Assembly (NCBI GenBank): GCA_965249475.1
Contig: CBDFMD010000003.1
Location: 1,868,561-1,932,560, forward strand
Source of the DNA: Fimbriimonas sp.
GTDB taxonomy: Bacteria; Armatimonadota; Fimbriimonadia; Fimbriimonadales; Fimbriimonadaceae
Direction of reading: 5' to 3'
DNA: 64,000 nt
Below, in pieces: positions 54,992-63,496 of the stretch. The notes under the pieces were generated by a model. That model was not told where the DNA came from. It saw only the letters and a program-made list of their open reading frames with translations, and ran no database searches. The translations under genes were made by a program, and so were the position numbers. How positions within the stretch are numbered: position 1 is the first letter of the stretch; each line of letters starts with the position of its first letter.

Positions 54992-56497
54992 GTGCGGATC
55001 GTCGAGCGAGCCTTCTCCGAACACTGCGGCTTCCACCCGAAGCAGACGGCGGCGTACCTCGCGATGTACGAGCGCCCGAACGCCCGCGTCCTCGCCGGCG
55101 GCTCCGGCTTCGGGGGGAAGAGCCACCTGCTCCGGGGCGCGGCCGTCGGTCACTCGATGTGGCTCGCGCGGGAGGGGTTCTACCTTCCGAGCTACTTCTG
55201 CACGTCCACCTACGGCGTCCTGAAGGATCGGCACTACGGCAAGTTCATGCTGGAGTGGGGCGAGTGGGGGCAGATCCGCGAGAACGACAAGGAGTTCGGC
55301 GCGTGCTTCCGGTTCGACCACCCGAAGCTCCCCCCGATCCTCTTCCGCAACCTCGACGACCCGAACAAGCGGCGCGGCGCCGAAGGGGCGGCCGCGTTCG
55401 TGGACGAGATCACCGAGATGGTCCTCGCCGCGTGGGGCGGGATCGCGTACATGGTGCGCGCCCCCGGGCCTTCGCACCGCCCCATCCTCGCCGCGACGAA
55501 CCCGGACGGGATCGGCCACGCCTGGGTCAAGGCGCTGTGGCGCCCGCACCTGCCGCTCCGCTCGGAGACGGGCGAGTCGCGCCTCTCGCCCCACCCGAAC
55601 CCCCTCGTCCGCCCCGAGGACTACATCTACGTCCCCTTCCTCCCCAAGGACAACCCGCTCTACGACGAGGAGACGTTCCGGGGGCTCATCGCGCACCTGC
55701 CGCCCCACGTCCAGCGGGCGCGCCGGGACGGGAGCTGGAACGCGCCGGAAGGGGCGCGCTTCGAGAACCTCGCCGAGGAGACGCACGCGTTCTCCCTCGC
55801 CGAGCGGTTCCCGGCGGGGGTGCCGAGCGGGCTCCCGATCTACATGGGGATCGACTACGGCCTCCGCGCCCCCTACGCGGGGCTGTGGGCGTTCGTGGAC
55901 GGCGACGGCGACGTCTTCGTCTACCGCGAGGACTACCGCCCGGGGCTCACCGCCAAGCGCCAGGCCGAGCGCATCGCCGAGCTCACGAGCCCCACCGAGC
56001 GCGTCCGGGGGTGCTTCCTCGACCCGGCGATGTGGCAGACCTTCCCCGGCCACGAGGGGCCGACCGACAAGAGCGCGCACGCGCTCTACGAGGAGGTCCT
56101 CTGCGACCTCCCGAACTTCCCGCGCTCTCTCACGAAGGGCTACAACACGAGCCGCGCCCAGAACCTCATGACGCTCGACCGCTTCCTCCAACGCGACAAC
56201 GGAGAGCCGGACGTGTGGATCGAGGCGGGGTGCCAGAACCTCTGGCGCGAGCTCACGGGGGCGGTCTACCCGAAGGGGACGGTCGCCAAGGACGCGAGCG
56301 AGGACATCGACCCGTCGTGCCCGGACCACGCGATCACGGCGCTCTACTACTTCCTCGCCTCGCGCCACCGGGCGCCGCGCGTCGTTTCCGGCGATGCCCT
56401 CCCGACCCCGGAGGCGATGGCCGCGGCGCTCGCCAAGGAGCGCGAGAAGGCCTCGGCCCGCAACTGGAAGCGGCATCTGAAGAGCGAGAAGAGATGA
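54992..56497 (+). CDS. terL: Terminase large subunit
   Basis: GTG start, 501 aa. Walker A VLAGGSGFGGKS. Walker B/coupling AAAFVDEITE. C-terminal nuclease-like region (GIDYGLRAPYAGLW...DHAITALYYF). Confidence 0.85.
   Translation: MRIVERAFSEHCGFHPKQTAAYLAMYERPNARVLAGGSGFGGKSHLLRGAAVGHSMWLAREGFYLPSYFCTSTYGVLKDRHYGKFMLEWGEWGQIRENDKEFGACFRFDHPKLPPILFRNLDDPNKRRGAEGAAAFVDEITEMVLAAWGGIAYMVRAPGPSHRPILAATNPDGIGHAWVKALWRPHLPLRSETGESRLSPHPNPLVRPEDYIYVPFLPKDNPLYDEETFRGLIAHLPPHVQRARRDGSWNAPEGARFENLAEETHAFSLAERFPAGVPSGLPIYMGIDYGLRAPYAGLWAFVDGDGDVFVYREDYRPGLTAKRQAERIAELTSPTERVRGCFLDPAMWQTFPGHEGPTDKSAHALYEEVLCDLPNFPRSLTKGYNTSRAQNLMTLDRFLQRDNGEPDVWIEAGCQNLWRELTGAVYPKGTVAKDASEDIDPSCPDHAITALYYFLASRHRAPRVVSGDALPTPEAMAAALAKEREKASARNWKRHLKSEKR
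56377..56396 (+). promoter_or_regulatory. Conserved 20-nt late-region element, copy 2 (inside the terL 3' end)
   Basis: Exact 20-mer. Its ATG (56394) opens only a 28-codon out-of-frame ORF ending at 56480, 14 nt before the next gene. Confidence 0.8.
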
Positions 56498-56862
56498 GCC
56501 TGCGAAACGCCCGCGCCGAGAAGCGCCCCTTGTCGCTCCCGATCCTCGTCCTGGGGCTCGCGGCGACGGTGTACTCCCACTCCTACTCGAAGGCCCCCAT
56601 CCGGGGCTTCGGGAACCGGTCGCTCGTGGGATACGGGGTGACGCCGGGGGAGGACCGGTACACGATGGCGGCCGAGACGTTCGAGGTCGATGGGGAGATC
56701 GTCGAGGCGCTCCGGATCTCCATCGAGACGGGGGTCCACCGGCCCGAGACGGCGGGGTACGAGGAGATCGTCGTCCCCTTCGCGGCGCTCGAGACGTTCG
56801 GGGGGGGCGAGACCGAGGTCCTCGTGCCGCTCGCGCCCCTCTCCGCGGGCGAGGGCGGCTAG
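56494..56862 (+). CDS. Hypothetical phage protein with N-terminal TM helix (122 aa)
   Basis: ATG at 56494 in an ATGA overlap with the terL stop. PLSLPILVLGLAATVY is a TM helix. Confidence 0.5.
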   Translation: MSLRNARAEKRPLSLPILVLGLAATVYSHSYSKAPIRGFGNRSLVGYGVTPGEDRYTMAAETFEVDGEIVEALRISIETGVHRPETAGYEEIVVPFAALETFGGGETEVLVPLAPLSAGEGG

Positions 56863-56863
56863 G

Positions 56864-57124
56864 GTGCCAATCTACCCCTACTCGTGCCCGGGTTGCGGCG
56901 CGGCGCGGGAGATCCTCGTGCGCTCGCGCGAGGAGGCCGTCCCGTGCGCGTGCGGGGCACGGATGGCGCGGGGGTTCGGGGCGGCGGTCGGGCGCGTGGC
57001 CCCCTGGCTCCGCGACGAGAACTACGAGGGCAACGAGCGCCAGCGGGCGCATCTGCGGAGGCCGGACGTGCGGAAGGCGATCCGGGACGGGCGTCTCGCG
57101 CCGGCGGGGCGGGGAGAGGACTAG
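56864..57124 (+). CDS. Zinc-ribbon protein (FmdB-like CxxC...CxC)
   Basis: GTG at 56864. VPIYPYSCPGCGAAREILVRSREEAVPCACGARM... Confidence 0.55.
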   Translation: MPIYPYSCPGCGAAREILVRSREEAVPCACGARMARGFGAAVGRVAPWLRDENYEGNERQRAHLRRPDVRKAIRDGRLAPAGRGED

Positions 57125-58993
57125 GTGGCCCTCGCCGAGCGGGAGAGGCCGAGCGCCGGGATGACGGACGTCGAAGAGGCGGCCGAGGGCGGGGCGCCGG
57201 ACCGGGAGACGGGGCCGGGCGAGGGCGGGGCGCGATCGACGGAGCATCTGACGAGCGCGGCGCGCATCCGGGCGCGGGTCTCGACGGGGGCGGCGATCGA
57301 GCCGTGGCGCCGGAAAGTGAAGACGATGCGCGCGCTCGTGGCGGGCGACTGGTCGGCGATCGACGGCGGGGGAGCGGCGAAGGCCCCTCTCGCCGAGCGC
57401 GAGCGGAGCGTGGACAAGCGCGGCGCCGCCCACCTCGCGAAGCTCATGGTGAGCGACTTCGAGGAGGGGGCGAGCAACCCGCTCCTGGAGACGCTGAAGA
57501 CGCTCGTGATGCAGGTGAGCTACCGCTCGCCGGAGATCGAGTTCGAGGACGCGACCCCGATGGAGGCGGACATGAACGCGCTCTACCTCAAGCGCCGGTT
57601 CGGGCCGCGCCCGGGCGGATGCGACGCGCCCCACCACATGAAGCTCGCCCTCATCGATTACCTCGTCGCGGCGATGGGCTGGGTGTGGGCGGGCTCGGAC
57701 GGGGGGCGCCCCGACGTCCGGTACGTGGACGCGCTCGACGTGAGCTGGGACCTCGACGCGGCGCTCGTCACGGACATCCGCTGGGTCGCCGTCCACGTCG
57801 TCGGCACCGCCGGCGATTGGGCCGACCTCTTCGGCGAGGAGGCGTTCGCCGCCGAGATCGAGGACGCGCGGGACGAGAAGGATCCGGGGATCTGGCGCGA
57901 GACGCTCGTGCAGCTCGTCTGGTACTGGGACACGGACGGGGAGCTCGGGACGCACGCGGTCTTCCGGGCGGGCTCGGGGAACGGGGGCTACGAGCTCGCG
58001 GGAGAGCCGCTCGAGTGGACGGAGAACCCGCACTACCTGCGGACCGACGACGTCGAGCAACCGTTCCTGCCGCTCCTGCCGATCTACTTCCTCCAGCTTC
58101 CGGGGGTGCGCTTCCCGGTTTCGCCGGTGGAGATGATGATCGCGGCGCAGCTCGGGCTCCGGGAGGTCGAGGGGACGATCCGCTCGATCTCGAAGATCGC
58201 GCCGTGGATCGACGTCGAGGAGGGGGCGTACGAGGAGGACCAGCTCACGGAGCTCGAGGACGGGGAGCCGGGGGCGATCATCGAGCGGACGAAAGGGATG
58301 CCGCCGGCCCAGCACCTCATGGGGCCGGACATCCCGGCGAACCTCCTCCAGTGGCGCGACATCCTCAAGCAGGGGCTCACCGCGATGGGCGGGAGCAACC
58401 CCTACGCGAGCGGGAACAAGATCGACGGGATCGCGTTCGCCTCCGAGGTCTCGGCGATCGAGGGGGCGGCGGGGCTCACGGCGGCGACGGTGGCGAGCGA
58501 CCACGCCGGGCACTACCAGCGCGCGGCGCGGGCGACGCTCGCGAACGGGGCGAACTACGACGGCCTGCCTCTGGTGCTCGTGCTCGACGACACGCCGATG
58601 ACGTTCGGGACGGAGGACCCGATCGGGCCGTACCTGCGCCCCGACGCGCACGCGCAGGTGAGCGAGGACGCGCTCGTGTACGCGAGCAAGGACCAGCGCA
58701 TCGGGCGCGCGGCGGCGCTCTACGACCAGGCGCTCAAAGGCGCGCCGTTCCTCGGCCCCGTGCCGGTCCAGAAGGCGTTCAAGGGCGTCCTCGAGGCGAG
58801 CGGCGAGCGGGACGTGGCCTCGTGGTTCGCCTCGCCCGCCGCTCCTGACGGCGGCGCCGCGGGCGAGGCGGATCCGGTCCTCGGAACTTCGGCCCCCGGT
58901 GCTCCGGGCGGGGGCGCGGCTCCGGCGGGAGAGGGGGGTTCGCCCCTCTCGACGTCGGCGCAGATCCGGACGGAGCAGGAATCCAACGCATGA
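57125..58993 (+). CDS. Probable portal protein
   Basis: 622 aa. First large ORF after terL and before the scaffold/capsid genes. Assignment rests on synteny and size only. Confidence 0.55.
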   Translation: MALAERERPSAGMTDVEEAAEGGAPDRETGPGEGGARSTEHLTSAARIRARVSTGAAIEPWRRKVKTMRALVAGDWSAIDGGGAAKAPLAERERSVDKRGAAHLAKLMVSDFEEGASNPLLETLKTLVMQVSYRSPEIEFEDATPMEADMNALYLKRRFGPRPGGCDAPHHMKLALIDYLVAAMGWVWAGSDGGRPDVRYVDALDVSWDLDAALVTDIRWVAVHVVGTAGDWADLFGEEAFAAEIEDARDEKDPGIWRETLVQLVWYWDTDGELGTHAVFRAGSGNGGYELAGEPLEWTENPHYLRTDDVEQPFLPLLPIYFLQLPGVRFPVSPVEMMIAAQLGLREVEGTIRSISKIAPWIDVEEGAYEEDQLTELEDGEPGAIIERTKGMPPAQHLMGPDIPANLLQWRDILKQGLTAMGGSNPYASGNKIDGIAFASEVSAIEGAAGLTAATVASDHAGHYQRAARATLANGANYDGLPLVLVLDDTPMTFGTEDPIGPYLRPDAHAQVSEDALVYASKDQRIGRAAALYDQALKGAPFLGPVPVQKAFKGVLEASGERDVASWFASPAAPDGGAAGEADPVLGTSAPGAPGGGAAPAGEGGSPLSTSAQIRTEQESNA

Positions 58994-59538
58994 AGATCAT
59001 CGAACTCACCAGGCCCTTCGCCTCGCATCCCCGCGACGCGCCCCCCTCCCTCATCGTGATGCACGCGACCGCCGGGGCGAACGCCTCGGGCGCGATCGAG
59101 ACGCTCCGGGAGAAGGGGTACGGCTACCACTACATCGTGAAGGACGAGGACGAGGGGGACGGCACCGTGCTCAAGTGCGTGGCCACCGACCGGGTGTGCT
59201 ACCACGCGGGGAACTCCTACGGCCCCCGGGAGGAGGCGCGCGGCGTCTCGCGCGTCCAGGGGGAGGGCGCGCGGTTCGTCGCCGGATGCTCGGTGAACGG
59301 GTACTCGATCGGGATCTCGTTCGTGAACATGGACGACGGGCGGGACCCGTTCTCGCCGGCGCAGACGCAGGCGGCGCGCGCGCTCGTGGCGGCGCTCCGG
59401 GCGGCGATCCCGACGATCTCGGCGATCACGACCCACGCGATCGTGAGCCCGCGGCGCAAGGTGGACCCGCTGGGGTTCGACATCGACGCGCTGGGGAAGG
59501 CGACGCGCCTCCCCGTCTGGAGGCCGAGAGGTGGCTGA
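58990..59538 (+). CDS. N-acetylmuramoyl-L-alanine amidase (Amidase_2/PGRP, T7-lysozyme-like) endolysin
   Basis: LIVMHATAG...GYGYHYIV...CYHAGNS...NGYSIGISFVN...FSPAQTQAARALVAAL...ITTHAIVSPRRKVDP. Confidence 0.8.
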   Translation: MKIIELTRPFASHPRDAPPSLIVMHATAGANASGAIETLREKGYGYHYIVKDEDEGDGTVLKCVATDRVCYHAGNSYGPREEARGVSRVQGEGARFVAGCSVNGYSIGISFVNMDDGRDPFSPAQTQAARALVAALRAAIPTISAITTHAIVSPRRKVDPLGFDIDALGKATRLPVWRPRGG

Positions 59539-60022
59539 GGGGTTCGGCGGGATGGCGGGCGAGCGGTGGGGGAACGGCGGGCCGGTGAGGCCGGAGACCG
59601 CCCCCGTCGCCGCCGGCGCGCGGGTGGAGAACACGATCGTGAACGCCTGCCACTGCGAGGAGCGGGTGGCGGCGATCGAGCGGAGGCTGGGGGAGGAGGC
59701 GGCCGTGCGCGACGCGGACGAGAAGCGCGGGGCGAGGCTCGACACCTGGGCGCGCGTGATCGTGCCGCTCGCGCTCTCGCTCGCGATCGCGGCGACGGGG
59801 GCGGCGCTCGGCGCGGTGAACAAGAAGGTGGACGACGCCGCCGAGGCGGTCCGGACGATCAACCTCGGCGGGACCGACCGCGGCAAGGAGTGGGTCACCG
59901 ACTTCAAGGAGAAGGACGCCAAGCACGACCAGGCGATCGGGGCGCTCACGGGCGACGTCTCCGAGATCAAGAGCGACGTGAAGGTCATCCGCACCCTTCT
60001 CCAGGGGCAGGCCCCGCGATGA
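59531..60022 (+). CDS. Single-TM phage membrane protein (holin/antiholin or spanin candidate)
   Basis: TM helix WARVIVPLALSLAIAATGAALGAV with coiled-coil flanks. Directly downstream of the amidase. Start is at 59531 or 59552. Confidence 0.45.
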   Translation: MAEGFGGMAGERWGNGGPVRPETAPVAAGARVENTIVNACHCEERVAAIERRLGEEAAVRDADEKRGARLDTWARVIVPLALSLAIAATGAALGAVNKKVDDAAEAVRTINLGGTDRGKEWVTDFKEKDAKHDQAIGALTGDVSEIKSDVKVIRTLLQGQAPR

Positions 60023-60291
60023 TCACGACGTCCGCGAAGCTCGTGATCTGGTTCGTCTTCGGCCTCGGCGCGGCCTGCCTCTCGGTCGGCGCCTACCTCG
60101 CGATCGTCGGCAACGCGGCGTACAAGGATTTCCTCGCGATCGGCGTCCCGCCGGTCCTCACCGGCCTCTTCGGCGTCCTCGCCCGCACGCGGCCCGACCC
60201 GACGCTCACCGCCTCGACGACCGACTCCGCCGCGAAGGTGGACCCCGACCCGTCCCCCGGTCTCTCCGGGGGCGAAAAGCAAGACCCATGA
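60019..60291 (+). CDS. Two-TM small membrane protein (holin candidate)
   Basis: ATG at 60019 in an ATGA overlap. LVIWFVFGLGAACLSVGAYLAIVG and FLAIGVPPVLTGLFGVLA are the two TM helices. 90 aa. Confidence 0.5.
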   Translation: MITTSAKLVIWFVFGLGAACLSVGAYLAIVGNAAYKDFLAIGVPPVLTGLFGVLARTRPDPTLTASTTDSAAKVDPDPSPGLSGGEKQDP

Positions 60292-60674
60292 AAACCTCTC
60301 TCCTCGCCCTCGCCCTCGCCGCCGTCCAGGCCCCCGACGCGGGCGCCGCCGGCGGCGCCCCGCCCAAGCCCCGCGCCGAGGTCCCGCCCGGCCTCCGCAT
60401 CCAGATCGGGTACGAGCACTTCAAGGACGGGCGGCGCGACCTGCGGCTCACGCCGATCGACGAGGCGATCCCCGGGATCCCGCCCGCGGCGATGGATCTG
60501 CTCGAGGTCCTCATCGGGATGCTCGACCTCTCGGACGTCCAGCCGGGCGACGGGGAGTTCGACTTCGCGATCCAAGGGAAGATGGGCGATCTCGTCCGCT
60601 CGCGGATCCCGGCGATCGGGCGCTTCCTCCCCACGGACGGGGCGAACGGGTTCTTCCGGATCCGGCGCGCCTGA
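60288..60674 (+). CDS. Signal-peptide protein ending the lysis cassette (spanin-like candidate)
   Basis: ATGA overlap. MKTSLLALALAAVQAPDAGA is a signal peptide. 128 aa. Confidence 0.45.
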   Translation: MKTSLLALALAAVQAPDAGAAGGAPPKPRAEVPPGLRIQIGYEHFKDGRRDLRLTPIDEAIPGIPPAAMDLLEVLIGMLDLSDVQPGDGEFDFAIQGKMGDLVRSRIPAIGRFLPTDGANGFFRIRRA

Positions 60675-60709
60675 TCCCCTTTCGCCCCGAGTCCCTTCTC
60701 GCGGGGGCC

Positions 60710-60729
60710 GCGCGTCGTTTCCGGCGATG
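60710..60729 (+). promoter_or_regulatory. Conserved 20-nt late-region element, copy 3
   Basis: Exact 20-mer. Its ATG is the start of the scaffold-like gene (60727). Preceded by a C-run / pyrimidine loop / G-run hairpin (60684-60709). Confidence 0.8.
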
Positions 60730-61719
60730 GCCCCCGCGGATCAAGGCGAGAACGAGGCGACGATCGACCCGGCGAGCCCCGCCCCCGGCGAGGGCGGCGG
60801 AAGCGACCCCTATTCGCTCGGGCCGGACGGCGGATCGCTCGAGACGCCGCACGCGCGCCCCGGGCTCGCGCCGGCGACCGAAGAGGACGAAGACGACGAA
60901 GGGACCGAAGCCGGCGAGAGGGGCGCGGACGATCCCGAGGGCGCCGAGGACGATGCCGAGAAGGACGCCGAGAAGGAGACCGAGGAGGAAGACGAGGCCG
61001 AAGTCGTCTCGGACGATACCGAGGTGGATCTCGGGGGCGGCGAGAAGGCGACGATCGCCGAGCTGAAGGAGGCGCTCGCGGACCTGAAGGAGGCCGAGCC
61101 CTACGTGAGGCTCGGCGACGACTACCACGCGATCCTCACGACGTTCCGTTCGGGCGAGGCGGGGGCGCGCGAGATCCTCGAGACGTTCCTCCAGCAGGCC
61201 GAGGCGCAGTTCGGGCTCGGCCCGGAGGACTTCCTGCCGGAGGGGTTCGAGCAACGGGCGGACGACGGCGGGTACAAGGCCAAGTTCCAGGAGAGCCAGC
61301 GGCGCGCGACGGCGCTCGAGCGCGAGCTCGCCAAGCGGACGGCCGATTACGATTCGGCGCTGAAGGAGCTGGAGCCCCAGATCCTGAAGGCGCGGCGGGG
61401 CGAGGCGGCGGAGGCCGCTCGCCTGGAGATCCGGCGGACGCTGGGTCGCGAAGTGACGACGAAGGAGCTCCAACGGATGATGGAGGAGACGGGGTTGGAC
61501 GATCCGGTCAAAGCCTACAAGCTCGCTTCTTTCGACAAGGCGGCCGTGCCGCCCAAGACCAAGGCGCCGGCGATGCCCAAGGGCGCGCCGACCGGCAAGG
61601 TCTTCGACCCGAAAGACCCGAGCCTCACGGCCGACCGGATGGTCGAGCTCATGGAGCAGGGGTACGTGCCGAAGGGAGGGTTCGGCAAGGCGAGGGGCGC
61701 GGCCGCGAACGGCGCCTAG
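60727..61719 (+). CDS. Probable scaffolding protein
   Basis: 330 aa, very acidic N-terminus (EEDEDDEGTE...EKETEEEDEAE), helical/coiled-coil. Lies immediately upstream of the capsid gene. Confidence 0.55.
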   Translation: MAPADQGENEATIDPASPAPGEGGGSDPYSLGPDGGSLETPHARPGLAPATEEDEDDEGTEAGERGADDPEGAEDDAEKDAEKETEEEDEAEVVSDDTEVDLGGGEKATIAELKEALADLKEAEPYVRLGDDYHAILTTFRSGEAGAREILETFLQQAEAQFGLGPEDFLPEGFEQRADDGGYKAKFQESQRRATALERELAKRTADYDSALKELEPQILKARRGEAAEAARLEIRRTLGREVTTKELQRMMEETGLDDPVKAYKLASFDKAAVPPKTKAPAMPKGAPTGKVFDPKDPSLTADRMVELMEQGYVPKGGFGKARGAAANGA

Positions 61720-61728
61720 AGACGAGAG

Positions 61729-62742
61729 ATGTCCAACCCCAATTTCCAAGTATCCGACTACACCGCCTTCGCGATCGAGCAGCGGCTCCAGCGCGACTGG
61801 GAGATCCAGTACTGCAAGTCGAACCCGCTCCTCGCCTGCATCCGCGACGGCGACCTGAACTTCCGCAAGGGGTACACGGTCTCCGGCACGAAGGCGATCG
61901 TCCCCGTGATCTTCTCGGGCTCCGGGCTCGACGAGAACAACATCGGCATCGCGGACGGCAACCAGATCCCGGGCGCCTGGCCGACGTTCCCCGGCACGCA
62001 AGGGTTCTCGCAGTTCGAGTTCGCCTACGGGCACTTCGAGCGATCCATGACGATCCTCTCCACCGACCGCAAGCTCGGCGGCGGGACGTCCGGCGCGCGC
62101 GGCAACCTCATCGACGGCAAGACGACGCAGCTCATGGCGGACTGGAAGATCGCGTACGCGCAGATGATCTCCGGCGGCGCGGCCGACTCGCGCACCCGCC
62201 TCGTGGGGGTGGACTACGCGATCGCGACGGCGAACACCTACGGCGGCGTGGACCGGACGGCGGCGGGAGCGGCGTGGGCGCGCGGGAACGTCGCGGCGGC
62301 CCCCTCGCCGATCCTCGGTTTCCCGGCGATCAACGACCTCTTCGACACGCTGAGCTCGGAGACGGGCGAGGACGGGGCCGAGGACGCGCCCGACCTCCTC
62401 ATGCTCACCTACCCGGCGGGCGGCGTGAACCTCTACTCGAAGCTCCGCGAGCTCATCGCCCCGAACGAGCGGTTCATGCACGAGGACTTCCAGGCCAAGT
62501 ACGGGATCTCGCACTTCGACTACATGGGGATGAAGTGCGTGAAGGAGACGCGCGGCGCGGGCGGCCAGGTGAAGATGCTCAACACGAAGACGTGGGTCTG
62601 GGGCGGCCAGGAGATCCCCGAGCAGCTGGAGGAGATCCGGATCCCCGGATCCTCGGCGAAGGAGCGGCGCTTCGAGGCGTACAACTTCCTCGGTTGCAAG
62701 GCGCCCCGGAAGAACGGGCGCCGGACCGGCTTCACCGGCTAG
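61729..62742 (+). CDS. Probable major capsid protein
   Basis: 337 aa. Position after the scaffold. High expression-type codon bias. No motif-level proof. Confidence 0.55.
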   Translation: MSNPNFQVSDYTAFAIEQRLQRDWEIQYCKSNPLLACIRDGDLNFRKGYTVSGTKAIVPVIFSGSGLDENNIGIADGNQIPGAWPTFPGTQGFSQFEFAYGHFERSMTILSTDRKLGGGTSGARGNLIDGKTTQLMADWKIAYAQMISGGAADSRTRLVGVDYAIATANTYGGVDRTAAGAAWARGNVAAAPSPILGFPAINDLFDTLSSETGEDGAEDAPDLLMLTYPAGGVNLYSKLRELIAPNERFMHEDFQAKYGISHFDYMGMKCVKETRGAGGQVKMLNTKTWVWGGQEIPEQLEEIRIPGSSAKERRFEAYNFLGCKAPRKNGRRTGFTG

Positions 62743-62807
62743 AGCACCGGCCAGGTCTCCGCGCCCCCTGCGCGCGCCCCCGCTCTCCCTCTTCCGGGGG
62801 GACGGGG

Positions 62808-62827
62808 GCGCGTCGTTTCCGGCGATG
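62808..62827 (+). promoter_or_regulatory. Conserved 20-nt late-region element, copy 4
   Basis: Exact 20-mer. Its ATG is the start of ORF 62825..63496. Preceded by GCGCCCCC...GGGGGCGC and CCCCCG...CGGGGG alternative hairpins (62774-62811). Confidence 0.8.
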
Positions 62828-63496
62828 CTCGCGGCCCAGTTCCTCCAGATGGTGAAGAACCGTCTCGACTACGACGCGAGGACGCCTTACGGGAGCGACG
62901 AGGCGCTCCTCGGGCCGATCTCCCGCGCGCTCGCGGCGTTCTCGCGGGCGGGGCTCACGAGCTCGGGGCGGCGGACGGCGGCGGTGGTCGGGGGCGACGT
63001 GGACCTTCTGGCGGCGCGGGTGGCCTTGCCGCTGACCGTCTTCGCGGGAGGCGCGGCGCTGAGGGACCCGACCGGGCGGACCCGCCCGATCTCCCCGGTG
63101 GAGATCTCGCGCCTCGCCCCGGACGCCTCCTCGCCCCCGAAGTGGTGGGGGATGGTGGGGCCGCTGAGGCTGAAGGTGTGGCCCTCGGGCGCGCAGACGG
63201 TGGAGATCGAGGGGTTCGTGCTCCACCCGGCGCTGGGGGCGGCGGACCTCGCCGATCCCGCCTCGGACTCGGTGAGGCTGCCGGACGGCGACGCGCAGGA
63301 GGCGGCGGCGGACCTCGCGGCGGCGTACGCGATGCGCCCGCGCGCCTCGGGGGACCAACTGAGGAAGAGCCTCGATATGGAGACGGCCGCGCTGAGGACG
63401 GCGGCGGCTTACCGGGCGGCCGTGCTCGCGGGGAACCCCGCGGCGGCGGCGGTCGCGGCCGCGATGGCGCCCGACATGGGCGGGGGCTCGCGATGA
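62825..63496 (+). CDS. Hypothetical head-completion/adaptor-position protein (223 aa)
   Basis: First ORF after the capsid gene. No motif. Confidence 0.45.
   Translation: MLAAQFLQMVKNRLDYDARTPYGSDEALLGPISRALAAFSRAGLTSSGRRTAAVVGGDVDLLAARVALPLTVFAGGAALRDPTGRTRPISPVEISRLAPDASSPPKWWGMVGPLRLKVWPSGAQTVEIEGFVLHPALGAADLADPASDSVRLPDGDAQEAAADLAAAYAMRPRASGDQLRKSLDMETAALRTAAAYRAAVLAGNPAAAAVAAAMAPDMGGGSR

Noticed and set aside
54707-58651. Very long ORFs in the track:
- 54707..58651 (-, 1314 aa)
- 27789..31130 (+, 1113 aa)
- 19209..22079 (+, 956 aa)
- 2630..5059 (-)
- 10371..12767 (-)
- 37824..40136 (-)
- 34..1152 (+)
   Set aside because: - All are extremely Arg/Pro/Gly/Asp-rich.
- They lie antisense to, or out of frame with, genes that have clear family motifs (TerL/portal, export protein, PpdK, BNR protein, PafA, YitJ, ACAD).
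- They are the typical stop-codon-poor shadow frames of about 70% GC DNA.
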